From positions 450,001 to 482,000 of the forward strand of contig NC_000916.1 of assembly GCF_000008645.1 (NCBI RefSeq): a DNA stretch of 32,000 nt, written 5' to 3'. Made by a program: the position numbers and the translations under genes. How positions within the stretch are numbered: position 1 is the stretch's first letter; the number at the start of each line of letters is the position of its first letter. The notes beneath the pieces are model-generated. The model saw only the letters and a list, made by a program, of their open reading frames with translations. It searched no databases and had not been told where the DNA came from. The DNA is from Methanothermobacter thermautotrophicus str. Delta H. GTDB lineage: Archaea > Methanobacteriota > Methanobacteria > Methanobacteriales > Methanothermobacteraceae. Shown in pieces: positions 1 to 8,831 of the stretch.

Positions 1-2
1 GT

Positions 3-218
3 GATGTTTACAAGATGCACAGCTACAAGGATGCCATACTGCGCAGTGTGGGGGCCTACATACTCTACCCCGGGGATGAGGATGTTTTATTCAGTGAGGG
101 AGGCGGTGAGGTGCCATCGGTTGGTGCATTTCCACTGAGGCCCGGCGAATCCCATGTGGATGAGAGGAGACTGCGTGACTTTATAGAGAGGGCTATTCTG
201 AATATAATCGAAGGGTAA
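3..218 (+). CDS. C-terminal end of a DUF2357-like / PD-(D/E)XK-type nuclease protein (5' truncated by window)
   Basis: Open frame from base 3 reads DVYKMHSYKDAILRSVGAYILYPG..., resembling the conserved 'KMHxYRDA...AYVLYPG' block of DUF2357 nuclease-like proteins. Stop at 218. Confidence 0.6.
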   Translation, partial: DVYKMHSYKDAILRSVGAYILYPGDEDVLFSEGGGEVPSVGAFPLRPGESHVDERRLRDFIERAILNIIEG

Positions 219-317
219 TAACCTTTTATACATGGAATCCCCCCAGAGAACTCACCGGGAGATCAGGAATTTAGAAGAAAGAATCAGCGCAGAACTTCTC
301 CACATCAAAAAAAGAAT

Positions 318-641
318 TTACCCGAGAAGGTCACTGACCCTCTCGGAGCTCCTCTTCATCTCTATCCTTATCATACCCAGGTTCACATCAACATCCGTTA
401 TGACAACGAGGATCCCCTCCCCTGCATCTATCATGAGGGTCTTACCACGTTTACCCTCAATCATGACCTGCTCGAGGGGCTCATGTTTTATCTCCTCGGC
501 TGACCTCTCGGCTGTACCGAAGACCGCTGATGCCATGGCAGCCACGAGTTCAGCGTCAATGTCACCCGGGACTTCACTCTCTATTATGAGACCATCCTTA
601 CCCACAACAAGTGAGCCGTTAACACCGTTGAATCCTTCCAA
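318..641 (-). CDS. Roadblock/LC7 domain protein
   Basis: 107 aa; '[41 protein letters not shown]' is typical of roadblock/LC7. TTG start preceded by GGGAGG. Confidence 0.75.
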   Translation of the reverse strand: MEGFNGVNGSLVVGKDGLIIESEVPGDIDAELVAAMASAVFGTAERSAEEIKHEPLEQVMIEGKRGKTLMIDAGEGILVVITDVDVNLGMIRIEMKRSSERVSDLLG

Positions 642-677
642 GGTCCTTCAGTATCCTCCCTATCAACCTGAAACCCC

Positions 678-1721
678 CTATTCAAACATCTTCCTCATGC
701 ATCTCCTTATGGTACCCTCAGCTGCACGGTCACCAATGACGGTCTTCAGTTCACCTGTAAGGGCCTGTGCAGCCACCAGGTCAGTGTGGTTAACCTCTGC
801 CCCCTCAATCCACTTCATGACGTCATCGTTGAGGTCTGAGATCTTCTTGAGGGCTGCGTCGAGTTCCTCCTGCTCATCCAGCAGGTGCATCGACCTTGCA
901 CTTTTTACGAGCAGCTCAGGGTTGATGGCGGCTGCCATCCCGTCAACACCTGATGTCTCAACCAGGGACGCCATTGTCTGGAGTGTCATGAGTATCTGCT
1001 TCTCAACCATCTCCTCGGGGGCCTTTATGATCTGTGTACCCACATAGTAGTAGTCCAGTACACCTGCAAGTGCCACCGCTGTGACCAGTGACCCCATATC
1101 GGCCACCGCTGAGGTCACATCTGCCGGTACTATGTAGGCCTTCTTGCCTGTGCTCTCTGCCAGTTCAGCGCACCTTGATACCTGTTCATCGGTTGCCATG
1201 TCCAGTTCAGCTGTGGGTCTCCCGCCGATGACGTAGTGGCCATGCTGTGGTGTCCCTGGCACGGCTGCCGGGTGCATGGAGGATACCCCCACGTCGGTCC
1301 TCTCCAGTTTGAGTTCCTTCTCAAGGACGTAGTAGAGGACCACCGGTGATACCGTGCATGTGTTGGCTATGACTGAGCCCTCAGGGAGTTCAGGGAGTAT
1401 CTCCCTGGCTATACTGAAGGTACCCTTACCGAAGGGGGTGAAGAGCACTGCCACTTCAGCCTCACTGGCGGCCTCCTTATCGTTATCTGTTACCGTTACA
1501 CCGGCCTCCTCGACCATGCTCCACTGCTCATCGTCCAGGAATTCCCTTGAAGGTTCCGCCAGTATAACATCATGTCCGGCCATTGCAAACTCCATGGCCA
1601 TCCTGCTTCCACCGTAGGGTGCCTCCCCACCATACCTTTCAGGGAGGTTCAGTTCATCGGTATATAACTTCTGATTACCAGCACCGTAGACTGTCACCTT
1701 CATTGCTATCACTCTTTTCAC
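678..1721 (-). CDS. Hmd-family protein (HmdII/HmdIII-type paralog of H2-forming methylene-H4MPT dehydrogenase)
   Basis: 347 aa; 'VIANTCTVSPVVLYYVLE' and 'SSMHPAAVPG' correspond to 'IVTHACTIPTTKFYKIFE' and 'TSYHPGAVPE' of Hmd, but the N-terminus is divergent. Confidence 0.8.
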   Translation of the reverse strand: MKRVIAMKVTVYGAGNQKLYTDELNLPERYGGEAPYGGSRMAMEFAMAGHDVILAEPSREFLDDEQWSMVEEAGVTVTDNDKEAASEAEVAVLFTPFGKGTFSIAREILPELPEGSVIANTCTVSPVVLYYVLEKELKLERTDVGVSSMHPAAVPGTPQHGHYVIGGRPTAELDMATDEQVSRCAELAESTGKKAYIVPADVTSAVADMGSLVTAVALAGVLDYYYVGTQIIKAPEEMVEKQILMTLQTMASLVETSGVDGMAAAINPELLVKSARSMHLLDEQEELDAALKKISDLNDDVMKWIEGAEVNHTDLVAAQALTGELKTVIGDRAAEGTIRRCMRKMFE

Positions 1722-1935
1722 ATTGGAAATCTACAGAAGAAAAGTTTAGTTCTGGAGCCTCACCCTATTAAAGTTTTTTCCTGATTGGGGATTTTATGGG
1801 CCCTGTTATTAACTTCAGGGCCCTTTGAATGCTTCTAGTGTCTGAAAATATTTCAGACCATCATGGGGTGGTTATAAATAATCATCTCGACAGATAGTAA
1901 TTCTGGTTCATGATTCCAGAGGTGGGGGTTTTGCC

Positions 1936-2706
1936 GTGAAAGATCTTCAGTCAGGGCTGAGGGTATTATTTGAGGTGGTATTCCTTGCTGTGCTGGGCCT
2001 CGATGGCTTCGCACTCTTCATAAGCGTATTCCTGCCGCTGCAGTCGGGTACCTTCCAGGCGGTGGTCCTCCTTGACCTTGCAGCCAGTGCAATGGTCTTG
2101 GTGGCCTACCTCACCAGGCCGGGGGTACGTGACAGGTGGAACGTCCCCCTCGTCGCCGCGCCCTTCTACTTCATAGGCGTGACCATCCTCGGTGTGCCGC
2201 AGCACTCACCCATACTTGCAGCCCTGAACCTGGTGAAGGTTGCCGGCATCCTCATGGCCGTCAGGGACCTTGCAGGTTCCGTGGGTGAGTTCATGAGGAG
2301 GAGCAGGCTCGGCTACGGGGTGGGACTCTTCATATCCGTGATATTCGTCTTCACCATACTCTTCTACATCGTCGAAAGCCCGGTCAACCCCCTGGTGGTG
2401 ACCTATGAGGACTCCCTCTGGTATGTGCTGCAGACCATAACAACGGTGGGCTACGGGGACATAGTACCTGTAACCTCCCTGGGAAGGTTCACAGGTATGG
2501 TCATAATGTTCAGCGCCATCGCATCCACGAGCCTCATAACAGCCTCCGCCACATCCACACTCCTTGAGACCCTCAGGGGGGAGCAGGAGAGGATAGAATC
2601 AAGGAGGCGGGATGAGTTCAGGGAAATCGAGGCCAGAATCAGTGGAGTTGAGGAGAGGCTTGAGAGGATAGAGGAGATGCTGGGGGAACTCAGGAAAGGA
2701 CCATGA
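1936..2706 (+). CDS. Voltage-gated-like potassium channel with C-terminal coiled coil
   Basis: Multiple TM segments, selectivity filter 'TTVGYGDIVPVTSLGRF', charged coiled-coil tail 'RIESRRRDEFREIEARISGVEERLERIEEMLGEL'. GTG start. Confidence 0.8.
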   Translation: MKDLQSGLRVLFEVVFLAVLGLDGFALFISVFLPLQSGTFQAVVLLDLAASAMVLVAYLTRPGVRDRWNVPLVAAPFYFIGVTILGVPQHSPILAALNLVKVAGILMAVRDLAGSVGEFMRRSRLGYGVGLFISVIFVFTILFYIVESPVNPLVVTYEDSLWYVLQTITTVGYGDIVPVTSLGRFTGMVIMFSAIASTSLITASATSTLLETLRGEQERIESRRRDEFREIEARISGVEERLERIEEMLGELRKGP

Positions 2707-2708
2707 TA

Positions 2709-3359
2709 CTATTCAATGGCTGTGCCGGTTGCAGTCACAGCCAAGAGCTCACCGCCAATCACCGTAACCTTAACTTCGATGTCAACAACTCCCCTGCCAC
2801 CCATGGACTCTGCATCTGAGAGCATCCTCTCAACCGCCAGCCTCCTGAGTCCATCGAGGTCCCCTGGATCCCCCACGGCCTCACCAGCAGCTATACCTAT
2901 CCCCACCCCATGGGGCCCATACTCCAGGGGTACGGTATCATCTCCCCCTGATAAACGATCCCCCAAACCCTTACCCAGGAGTCCCAGGGCGTATGTGATG
3001 GCAGCTGCAAGGATGAAGTTCACGGTGGTGGGGAATGCTGCCTGGAATGCCAGGAGGAGGCCCCCTACCGTGAAGACATTCCACTGGATGGGTTCGGCCG
3101 GGAACAGCCAGCCATAGATGTTCACGGCGAAGAATACCAGTATGGCGCTCAGGGCACCTGTGCTGGCCCCATATTTTCTCCCGGCGACGTATGACTCCAT
3201 GAAGCCCGCAAGGAGTGGTGATACTATGTACATTATGTTGAAACCGAATATGATAAGCTCTAACTTAACAGATACCGCCGCAGATGCGAGGCCCGCTGCA
3301 AGGCCTGCCAGCACAGCCAGTATGGCCCACCTGTAACTCCTCAACTCAGACACCCTCAC
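2709..3359 (-). CDS. Integral membrane protein with C-terminal YbjQ-like domain
   Basis: Several TM helices, then '[42 protein letters not shown]', resembling the YbjQ/UPF0145 C-terminal pattern ending in 'GTA'. Confidence 0.6.
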   Translation of the reverse strand: MRVSELRSYRWAILAVLAGLAAGLASAAVSVKLELIIFGFNIMYIVSPLLAGFMESYVAGRKYGASTGALSAILVFFAVNIYGWLFPAEPIQWNVFTVGGLLLAFQAAFPTTVNFILAAAITYALGLLGKGLGDRLSGGDDTVPLEYGPHGVGIGIAAGEAVGDPGDLDGLRRLAVERMLSDAESMGGRGVVDIEVKVTVIGGELLAVTATGTAIE

Positions 3360-3760
3360 TCCTCATCCTCAGATTCTGGCTCCATCCAGTTCATACATCC
3401 ACCCGGACACCCCTCACTCCTCATCCTCAGTGGATACTGCCGTGCCTGTGGTGATACGAGTATGGTGTTCCCCATGGTCCCCCCGAGGTTGTGGTAGTCC
3501 AGGCGCACCCCGATGATGGCGTCTGCACCGAGCCTCTCAGCTGCACTTGCCATGGAGGACAGTGCTAGCTCCCTGGCCCTTGCAAGTTCCCTCTCATAGG
3601 CCGAGGTCCTGCCACCCACAACGTCCCTGACACCCGAGAAGATGTCCTTGTATATGTTGGCGCCTATGAGGGCATCCCCTGTAACTATACCATGGTACCT
3701 GGATATCCTCTTACCATCAATCGTCTGTGAAGTCAGCATAAGCATCCTGAAGTCCTCCAC
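3356..3760 (-). CDS. YbjQ/UPF0145 family protein (C-terminus possibly frameshifted)
   Basis: '[49 protein letters not shown].. [18 protein letters not shown]'. The expected '...[11 protein letters not shown]' ending is in another frame from about 3450 to 3414. Confidence 0.8.
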   Translation of the reverse strand: MEDFRMLMLTSQTIDGKRISRYHGIVTGDALIGANIYKDIFSGVRDVVGGRTSAYERELARARELALSSMASAAERLGADAIIGVRLDYHNLGGTMGNTILVSPQARQYPLRMRSEGCPGGCMNWMEPESEDEE

Positions 3761-3871
3761 CCACCTCTATGTTTAAGGGGACCCATATATCTACCGGCCT
3801 CCGGGTCCATCAGTAGATAGGTGGGATTTTAAAGATAGAGGTGATGCCACAACGAGATAAGTGGGAGTCCA

Positions 3872-3896
3872 GGACCCTCCCCCTGTATGGGGGTCC
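3872..3896. other. Inverted repeat / possible RNA hairpin
   Basis: GGACCCtCCCCctgtatGGGGGTCC; imperfect GC stem in the 300-bp intergenic region. Confidence 0.3.
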
Positions 3897-4055
3897 CCAT
3901 TTAGAATTTAATCCCCTCCCGAGGAATCATTAAACAGGTGCCCGAGCTAAATCTGGAGATGGATGATGCTCATTCTTCGAGATACTCATGAAGATTAGGA
4001 ATAAATAAATAGAAGGTGGGGCAGATACATTACCGTTTTAATGGGGGGAATCTAT

Positions 4056-4611
4056 ATGAGAGAAACTTATAGCTGTGGGGGTTCTGCTTCTGGCCGTTAT
4101 GGTTTCAGGCTGCACAACAACCACTGAAACAGGTAACACAACCGTGCCTGACATACCATACAGGACCTACTCTGACAGTGAAATTTCCTTCAGGTACCCT
4201 GAATCCTGGACCTCTGAAAATCTAACCGTCCAGACACCAAATACCATTGCCGCCGTTGCGGATCCAGCATCTGTGGAGTCATCAGGGAACATCGTAACCC
4301 TTGTGATCATACAGAGCATTCCACTGCCATCAGGTAAGACCCTTAAGGACGTCTATGACGAGACCTACAGGTCCTTTGAACAGCAGTCAGGGTATCAGCT
4401 CATATCCGAGAGAACACTGACCATCGATGGCGTTACAGCCTACGAAAACATACACAGGATAAATGTTGATGGTGTCACTAAACAGGAACGTGCAACATGG
4501 CTCGAGAAGAACGGTAAGATATACGTCATCCTCTGTGGAACATCACCTGAAAGGTTTGACACAGAGAACAGGAACTTCGACCTCATAACATACTCATTCC
4601 AGGTGAAATGA
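4056..4611 (+). CDS. Secreted lipoprotein, PsbP-like/'SEISFRYPESW' family (start region appears frameshifted)
   Basis: The called ORF starts at 4075 (GVLLLAVMVSGC lipobox). ATG at 4056 would give MRKLIAVGVLLLAVMVSGC if one base near 4059-4061 were removed. Confidence 0.65.
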
Positions 4612-4639
4612 AAAAACCTCATAACATGAAAGGGTAAAA

Positions 4640-5104
4640 ATGAAAAAAACGGTATTCCTCATCCTGATCTTTTCAGTTGCCGTTTCAGGATGCCTCGGCA
4701 ACGGCTACAGGGTCTTTGAGAATCAGGAGATCATATTCCACTACCCTGCATCCTGGAGCCAGGTTTCCTTCATACACCCACCCGGTGACGTGGACACCTA
4801 CTATGAATATGCCGTGACGGTGGCAGAACCAGGAGGAGGACTTGATACGGTGGCCACAGTTGAGAAGCTGAAGGCGAACCGCAGTTATCCCACCCCGGAG
4901 GGTGTGCCTGATAAAAGGAACATCAGCCTGAGGGGTTACCCTGGAGTCGAGTTCAGGTACCCTGAGAATGAGAGCATGGTGAGGGTTACCATTATAAGCA
5001 CACCACGCGGACGCTATTGCCTGGTGTGCCGTGCAAGGAGTGAGGACTTTGAGGGTGAACTGGAGAACTTTGACCTCATAAAGTACTCCTTCAGGGTGAA
5101 GTAG
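4640..5104 (+). CDS. Secreted lipoprotein, paralog of the preceding gene
   Basis: MKKTVFLILIFSVAVSGC lipoprotein signal; 'ENQEIIFHYPASW' and C-terminal 'FDLIKYSFRVK' match the preceding gene ('FDLITYSFQVK'). Confidence 0.7.
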   Translation: MKKTVFLILIFSVAVSGCLGNGYRVFENQEIIFHYPASWSQVSFIHPPGDVDTYYEYAVTVAEPGGGLDTVATVEKLKANRSYPTPEGVPDKRNISLRGYPGVEFRYPENESMVRVTIISTPRGRYCLVCRARSEDFEGELENFDLIKYSFRVK

Positions 5105-5131
5105 GATCCACGCTCCTGTAGGCGTGCAGCT

Positions 5132-6553
5132 CTAGCCATACCTTACCTCTCCAAACCTCTGGAGTATATCCATCTCCTCCTCACCTATCTCAGGGTCTCC
5201 CCTTAGTATCACGGGTATCTCGCTGAGGGGCTTTGCCCTTGTAACATCGTTTTTGAGTCTCTGGTACACCGCGTTTATGGCCCACCCATAATCCATATCC
5301 CCGGAATCAGTAACCCAGAGGACGTCTATGTCAGCATTTCTCGCCCTCTTAGATTCCTCGTCCCACATGCTGATGAATAACCTGTCTTCCTGCCTCCATG
5401 AGTATTCCTCATCACCTATTATGCCCACAACCTCCCTTACTCCATCCTCAAGGAATTTTGAGTGGCCGCAGACACGGCAGACCACGAACTGGCCCTCAGG
5501 TGTGTGGATCTTTTTGGGTTTGAACAGGTCCCTCCCGCATATGAGGGTCTGATAATCCTCCTTAAGAGCCCTCTGAGCCTTTTTCAACCTCTCAATGGCC
5601 CTCCTGGCAGCTATCCTGACCCCCTCCCCAGGGTCATTGAGGGCCTCCCTCAGCACATCAAGGGCCACGGCATCCCCTGCCTCTCCAAGGTAATCAGCGG
5701 CCCGCGCCCTGACCTCAGGGTCATGGGAGTTTCTGAGGTACCCCATGATCCTCTCCATGGCCTCCACGTATCCATCCATGTCATGAGGGTCAAGGTCCCT
5801 GAAGGCCCTCCTGAGGTCCTCTGCCTCACCACCGGCTCCTGCCTCCTGTCTTCCATTGATGTAGGTGCAGATGGAGCGGAATATGCAGAGACTGCAGAGA
5901 TTGTTCTCCCTTGGAGGGAACTCCTCCCGCCTTATCCTCTCAGCCACGTCCTCAAGGAGCCCCTCGATGTCTGCTGCCGGTTCTATCAGGTGCCATTCTG
6001 AATCCTCAAAGGTGTAGGCCAGGAAGCCGTCGAAGTCAAGGTCCAGGGCGTGCCTGTACACTCCCAGCTGGAGTTCAATGTCCCGTGCATGGATGCCCGA
6101 CCCTGACATTGACTTGAAGTCCACCAGCTCCAGGCCGCCTTCACGGTTCCTTATGATGAGGTCTGTCTGACCAGTTATCATGAAGCCGTCCTTCATTATG
6201 CTGAAGGGCTTCTCTGCAGAGACTATCTCTGATGCGCGGCCCCTTATCTCCTCAAGGTAGCGTTTTAGTTTTGATATGAATGCCCTGAATCCATCAGGGG
6301 ACATTTCGATGTCCCTGAGTGCATGTGATGCCAGTTCCTGAAGGTAATCATCTGTCACAGCCTCGCCACGCATCAGGCGCCTGTTTATCCTCCGGAGGCA
6401 CTCATGGACCGCTATACCGTAGAGCTGGTCCCTGGTTGAGGGGACGTCGAATCCGTACTCATAGAGCAGCATGTACCTGAAGGGGCAGGTGAGGTAGGTG
6501 TTGAGCTCTGTGAAGCTGATCCTGAAGATCTCCCTGGTCTCAATGTCCTCCAA
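5132..6553 (-). CDS. RecB-family PD-(D/E)XK nuclease with Fe-S-type cysteines and HEAT-like repeats
   Basis: 'SFTELNTYLTCPFRYMLLYEYGF', 'GQTDLIIRNREGGLELVDFKS', 'LCSLCIFRSIC', then HEAT-like 'DPEVRARAADYLGEAGDAVALDVLREALNDPGEGVRIAARRAI'. Confidence 0.85.
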   Translation of the reverse strand: MEDIETREIFRISFTELNTYLTCPFRYMLLYEYGFDVPSTRDQLYGIAVHECLRRINRRLMRGEAVTDDYLQELASHALRDIEMSPDGFRAFISKLKRYLEEIRGRASEIVSAEKPFSIMKDGFMITGQTDLIIRNREGGLELVDFKSMSGSGIHARDIELQLGVYRHALDLDFDGFLAYTFEDSEWHLIEPAADIEGLLEDVAERIRREEFPPRENNLCSLCIFRSICTYINGRQEAGAGGEAEDLRRAFRDLDPHDMDGYVEAMERIMGYLRNSHDPEVRARAADYLGEAGDAVALDVLREALNDPGEGVRIAARRAIERLKKAQRALKEDYQTLICGRDLFKPKKIHTPEGQFVVCRVCGHSKFLEDGVREVVGIIGDEEYSWRQEDRLFISMWDEESKRARNADIDVLWVTDSGDMDYGWAINAVYQRLKNDVTRAKPLSEIPVILRGDPEIGEEEMDILQRFGEVRYG

Positions 6554-8591
6554 CCTGGCAGCTGTTCTTTATGATCTCTATCCTGGCATCCTCTGGGTCT
6601 ATCCTCCCCAGCCTGTCACTGGTTATCCTTGAAGTTTTGATGAGATCCTCTATGAACTCCGAGTAACCGATCCGGCCCCTGTGGTTTTTGGTTGCTGATA
6701 CTATGAGCATGTCCTGGGCCCGGGTCATCCCCACATAGAAGAGGCGCCTCTCCTCGATCTCATCAGTCCTCATGGTGCTCCTACGGAGTTCCTCGGGTAA
6801 TTCGAGTTCACTCCTCTCCCGGACCTTCCTGGGGAATTTCCCGTTGAATACAGAGCATATTATGACCACCGGAAACTCGAGGCCCTTGGCCCTGTGCATT
6901 GTCATTATGTTGACTGAGTAGGGGTTATCAAGGAGTATCTGGTCGTACTTTTTGATTCTACCCGACATGGCCATCCTTATGAACTCCATGAGGCCCTCCA
7001 CGCCTGGCTCCAGGGATATGCGCTCGTAGTCCTTTATGAGTGAGCTGAACCTTGCCAGGTTGTAGAGCTTCTCCCTTGACTCATCATCACCCCTCTCAAG
7101 GAGCCTGTGGGGGTACTCTGTCAGTTCAAGGATCTCATAGTACCTCTCAAGTACTCCGAGGTCGCTGTCGATGAGTCTGTTGAGGGCCACAAGTTTCCTG
7201 ATGTCATCGGGGTCTGTGAATCCTGCCCCCCTGAATTCCCTGTGCTCCCTGAGGCCCCTTAATTCCTCCTCATCCATGTCCAGGATGCGGTTGACGCTGC
7301 CGGGGGTCAGGTCCATGAACTCGCCCTCAAGGTGTTCGTATTTCAGTTTTCTGATTATCTTCCTCCTCTCATTCCGGGTGTGGTGGAGGAGGTGCATGAT
7401 GTAGAGTATTTCCTCCCGGTCAAAGAAGCCTCCCTCACCGTATACATTGAAGGGTATGCCCTCCCTGCGTAGTTCATTCATTATCTCCACTGCATCGTGC
7501 TTCACGCTTCTGAAGAGGAGGGTCACGTAGCCCTGGTGGGGTATTACACCGTGGTCAACGAGGGCCCTTATTATTCCCACCACATTGGATGGTTCATCCT
7601 GGTGTGTGGGGTTGTCCAGGATGAATACCCTGTTCTCTGAGTCCCTCACGGGCCTTATGTCCTTGGGGTACTCTCTGTAACCATCCATGAACCGCTGGGT
7701 GACGTCAACTATGCTGGGGACGGACCTGAAGTTCTTCTCAAGCATGACAACCTCGGCACCGTACTTCTTCTGGAAGCCCAGGAAGTTTTCGGGGGTGGAT
7801 CCCCTGAAACCGTAGATGCTCTGGTCCTCGTCTCCAACAGCGAAGATGTTGCATTCCTCCCCTGCCAGGAGTTCAAGGAACCTCTCCTGTATCTGGTTGG
7901 TGTCCTGGTACTCGTCCACCATGAGGAACCTGTACCTTGACCTGAGGTCATCCAGGATCTTACTGTCGTTTTCAAGGAGTCTGACGACCCTCCACTGCAT
8001 CCCTGCAAAGTCAAGCAGGCCGTTCTCATCCATGAGGTTGAGGTACCTCTGGTAGGCCTCTGCAACGGTCATCTCGAACCTCCCTGCACCCTTATTTCTG
8101 TAGTGCTGGATCAGGGTCTCGGGGTCGACCATGTTCTCCTGGCACTCGCTGAAGAAGCCCTGGATGAGGGGGAACCTCTCCCTCTGTACATTGCCAAGTC
8201 CCAGCTGTTCCCTGTGTTCGTATATGAACATGAGCTGGTTTTCCTCATCCAGGACATGGAAGTTTGAGCCGAGGGTGTGGTGGTCGGGGTACATGCGGAG
8301 TATGCGGTTGCAGAAGGAGTGTATGGTTGATATCTGCATCTCCTCTGCCCTTCCACCCACACGTCTGATTATCCTCTCCTTGAGTTCATCTGCGGCCTTC
8401 CTGGTGAAGGTTATCACGACCAGGGATGATGGTTCAGCACCCCTCTCATCTATGAGGTGGGCGACCCTCTCCACTATGATCCTGGTCTTCCCGGCCCCCG
8501 GCCCTGCAACAACGAGGAGGGGTCCGGTGAAGTGTTCAACTGCTCTGCGCTGTTCATCTGTGAGCTGAATCTCCCCTGTCATGAATGGCAC
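6540..8591 (-). CDS. UvrD/PcrA-type SF1A DNA helicase
   Basis: Walker A 'VVAGPGAGKTRIIVERV', 'VVITFTRKAADELKERI', 'FLMVDEYQDTNQIQERFL', 'VGDEDQSIYGFRGS', 'IMTMHRAKGLEFPVVII', 'RRLFYVGMTRAQD'. Confidence 0.95.
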   Translation of the reverse strand: MPFMTGEIQLTDEQRRAVEHFTGPLLVVAGPGAGKTRIIVERVAHLIDERGAEPSSLVVITFTRKAADELKERIIRRVGGRAEEMQISTIHSFCNRILRMYPDHHTLGSNFHVLDEENQLMFIYEHREQLGLGNVQRERFPLIQGFFSECQENMVDPETLIQHYRNKGAGRFEMTVAEAYQRYLNLMDENGLLDFAGMQWRVVRLLENDSKILDDLRSRYRFLMVDEYQDTNQIQERFLELLAGEECNIFAVGDEDQSIYGFRGSTPENFLGFQKKYGAEVVMLEKNFRSVPSIVDVTQRFMDGYREYPKDIRPVRDSENRVFILDNPTHQDEPSNVVGIIRALVDHGVIPHQGYVTLLFRSVKHDAVEIMNELRREGIPFNVYGEGGFFDREEILYIMHLLHHTRNERRKIIRKLKYEHLEGEFMDLTPGSVNRILDMDEEELRGLREHREFRGAGFTDPDDIRKLVALNRLIDSDLGVLERYYEILELTEYPHRLLERGDDESREKLYNLARFSSLIKDYERISLEPGVEGLMEFIRMAMSGRIKKYDQILLDNPYSVNIMTMHRAKGLEFPVVIICSVFNGKFPRKVRERSELELPEELRRSTMRTDEIEERRLFYVGMTRAQDMLIVSATKNHRGRIGYSEFIEDLIKTSRITSDRLGRIDPEDARIEIIKNSCQVGGH

Positions 8592-8624
8592 CCCATAAAT
8601 GTTATTCTATGGTTTCCATCCACT

Positions 8625-8636
8625 TTTATAGTTTTT
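8625..8636 (-). promoter_or_regulatory. TATA-like promoter for the helicase/nuclease pair
   Basis: Minus-strand 'AACTATAAAAGTGG' about 35 nt upstream of the GTG start. Confidence 0.4.
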
Positions 8637-8831
8637 CCATTGAATTCTCATGGCCGGTAGCCTCCCCTGAGATTATTGAAAATACATTAACATTAAAATT
8701 AAAGTTATTATGAAGAATTTAATAGGCTGATGAATTCAATAAAAAAATTTATATTCAATAATTTTAATGTACATTATTATGTCATACTCAGACTATAAGG
8801 GCTGTGCATCTATAATTTCAGAGGTGATGTT

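Noticed and set aside
232-1047. 271-aa plus-strand ORF
   Set aside because: Antisense to the roadblock and Hmd genes, low-complexity Ser-rich translation; a frame shadow.
678-1721. True Hmd hydrogenase
   Set aside because: The N-terminal active-site region differs from canonical Hmd; better called an HmdII/III-type paralog.
3872-3896. Intrinsic terminator
   Set aside because: GC hairpin lacks a following T-run in the right place and sits between divergent gene starts.
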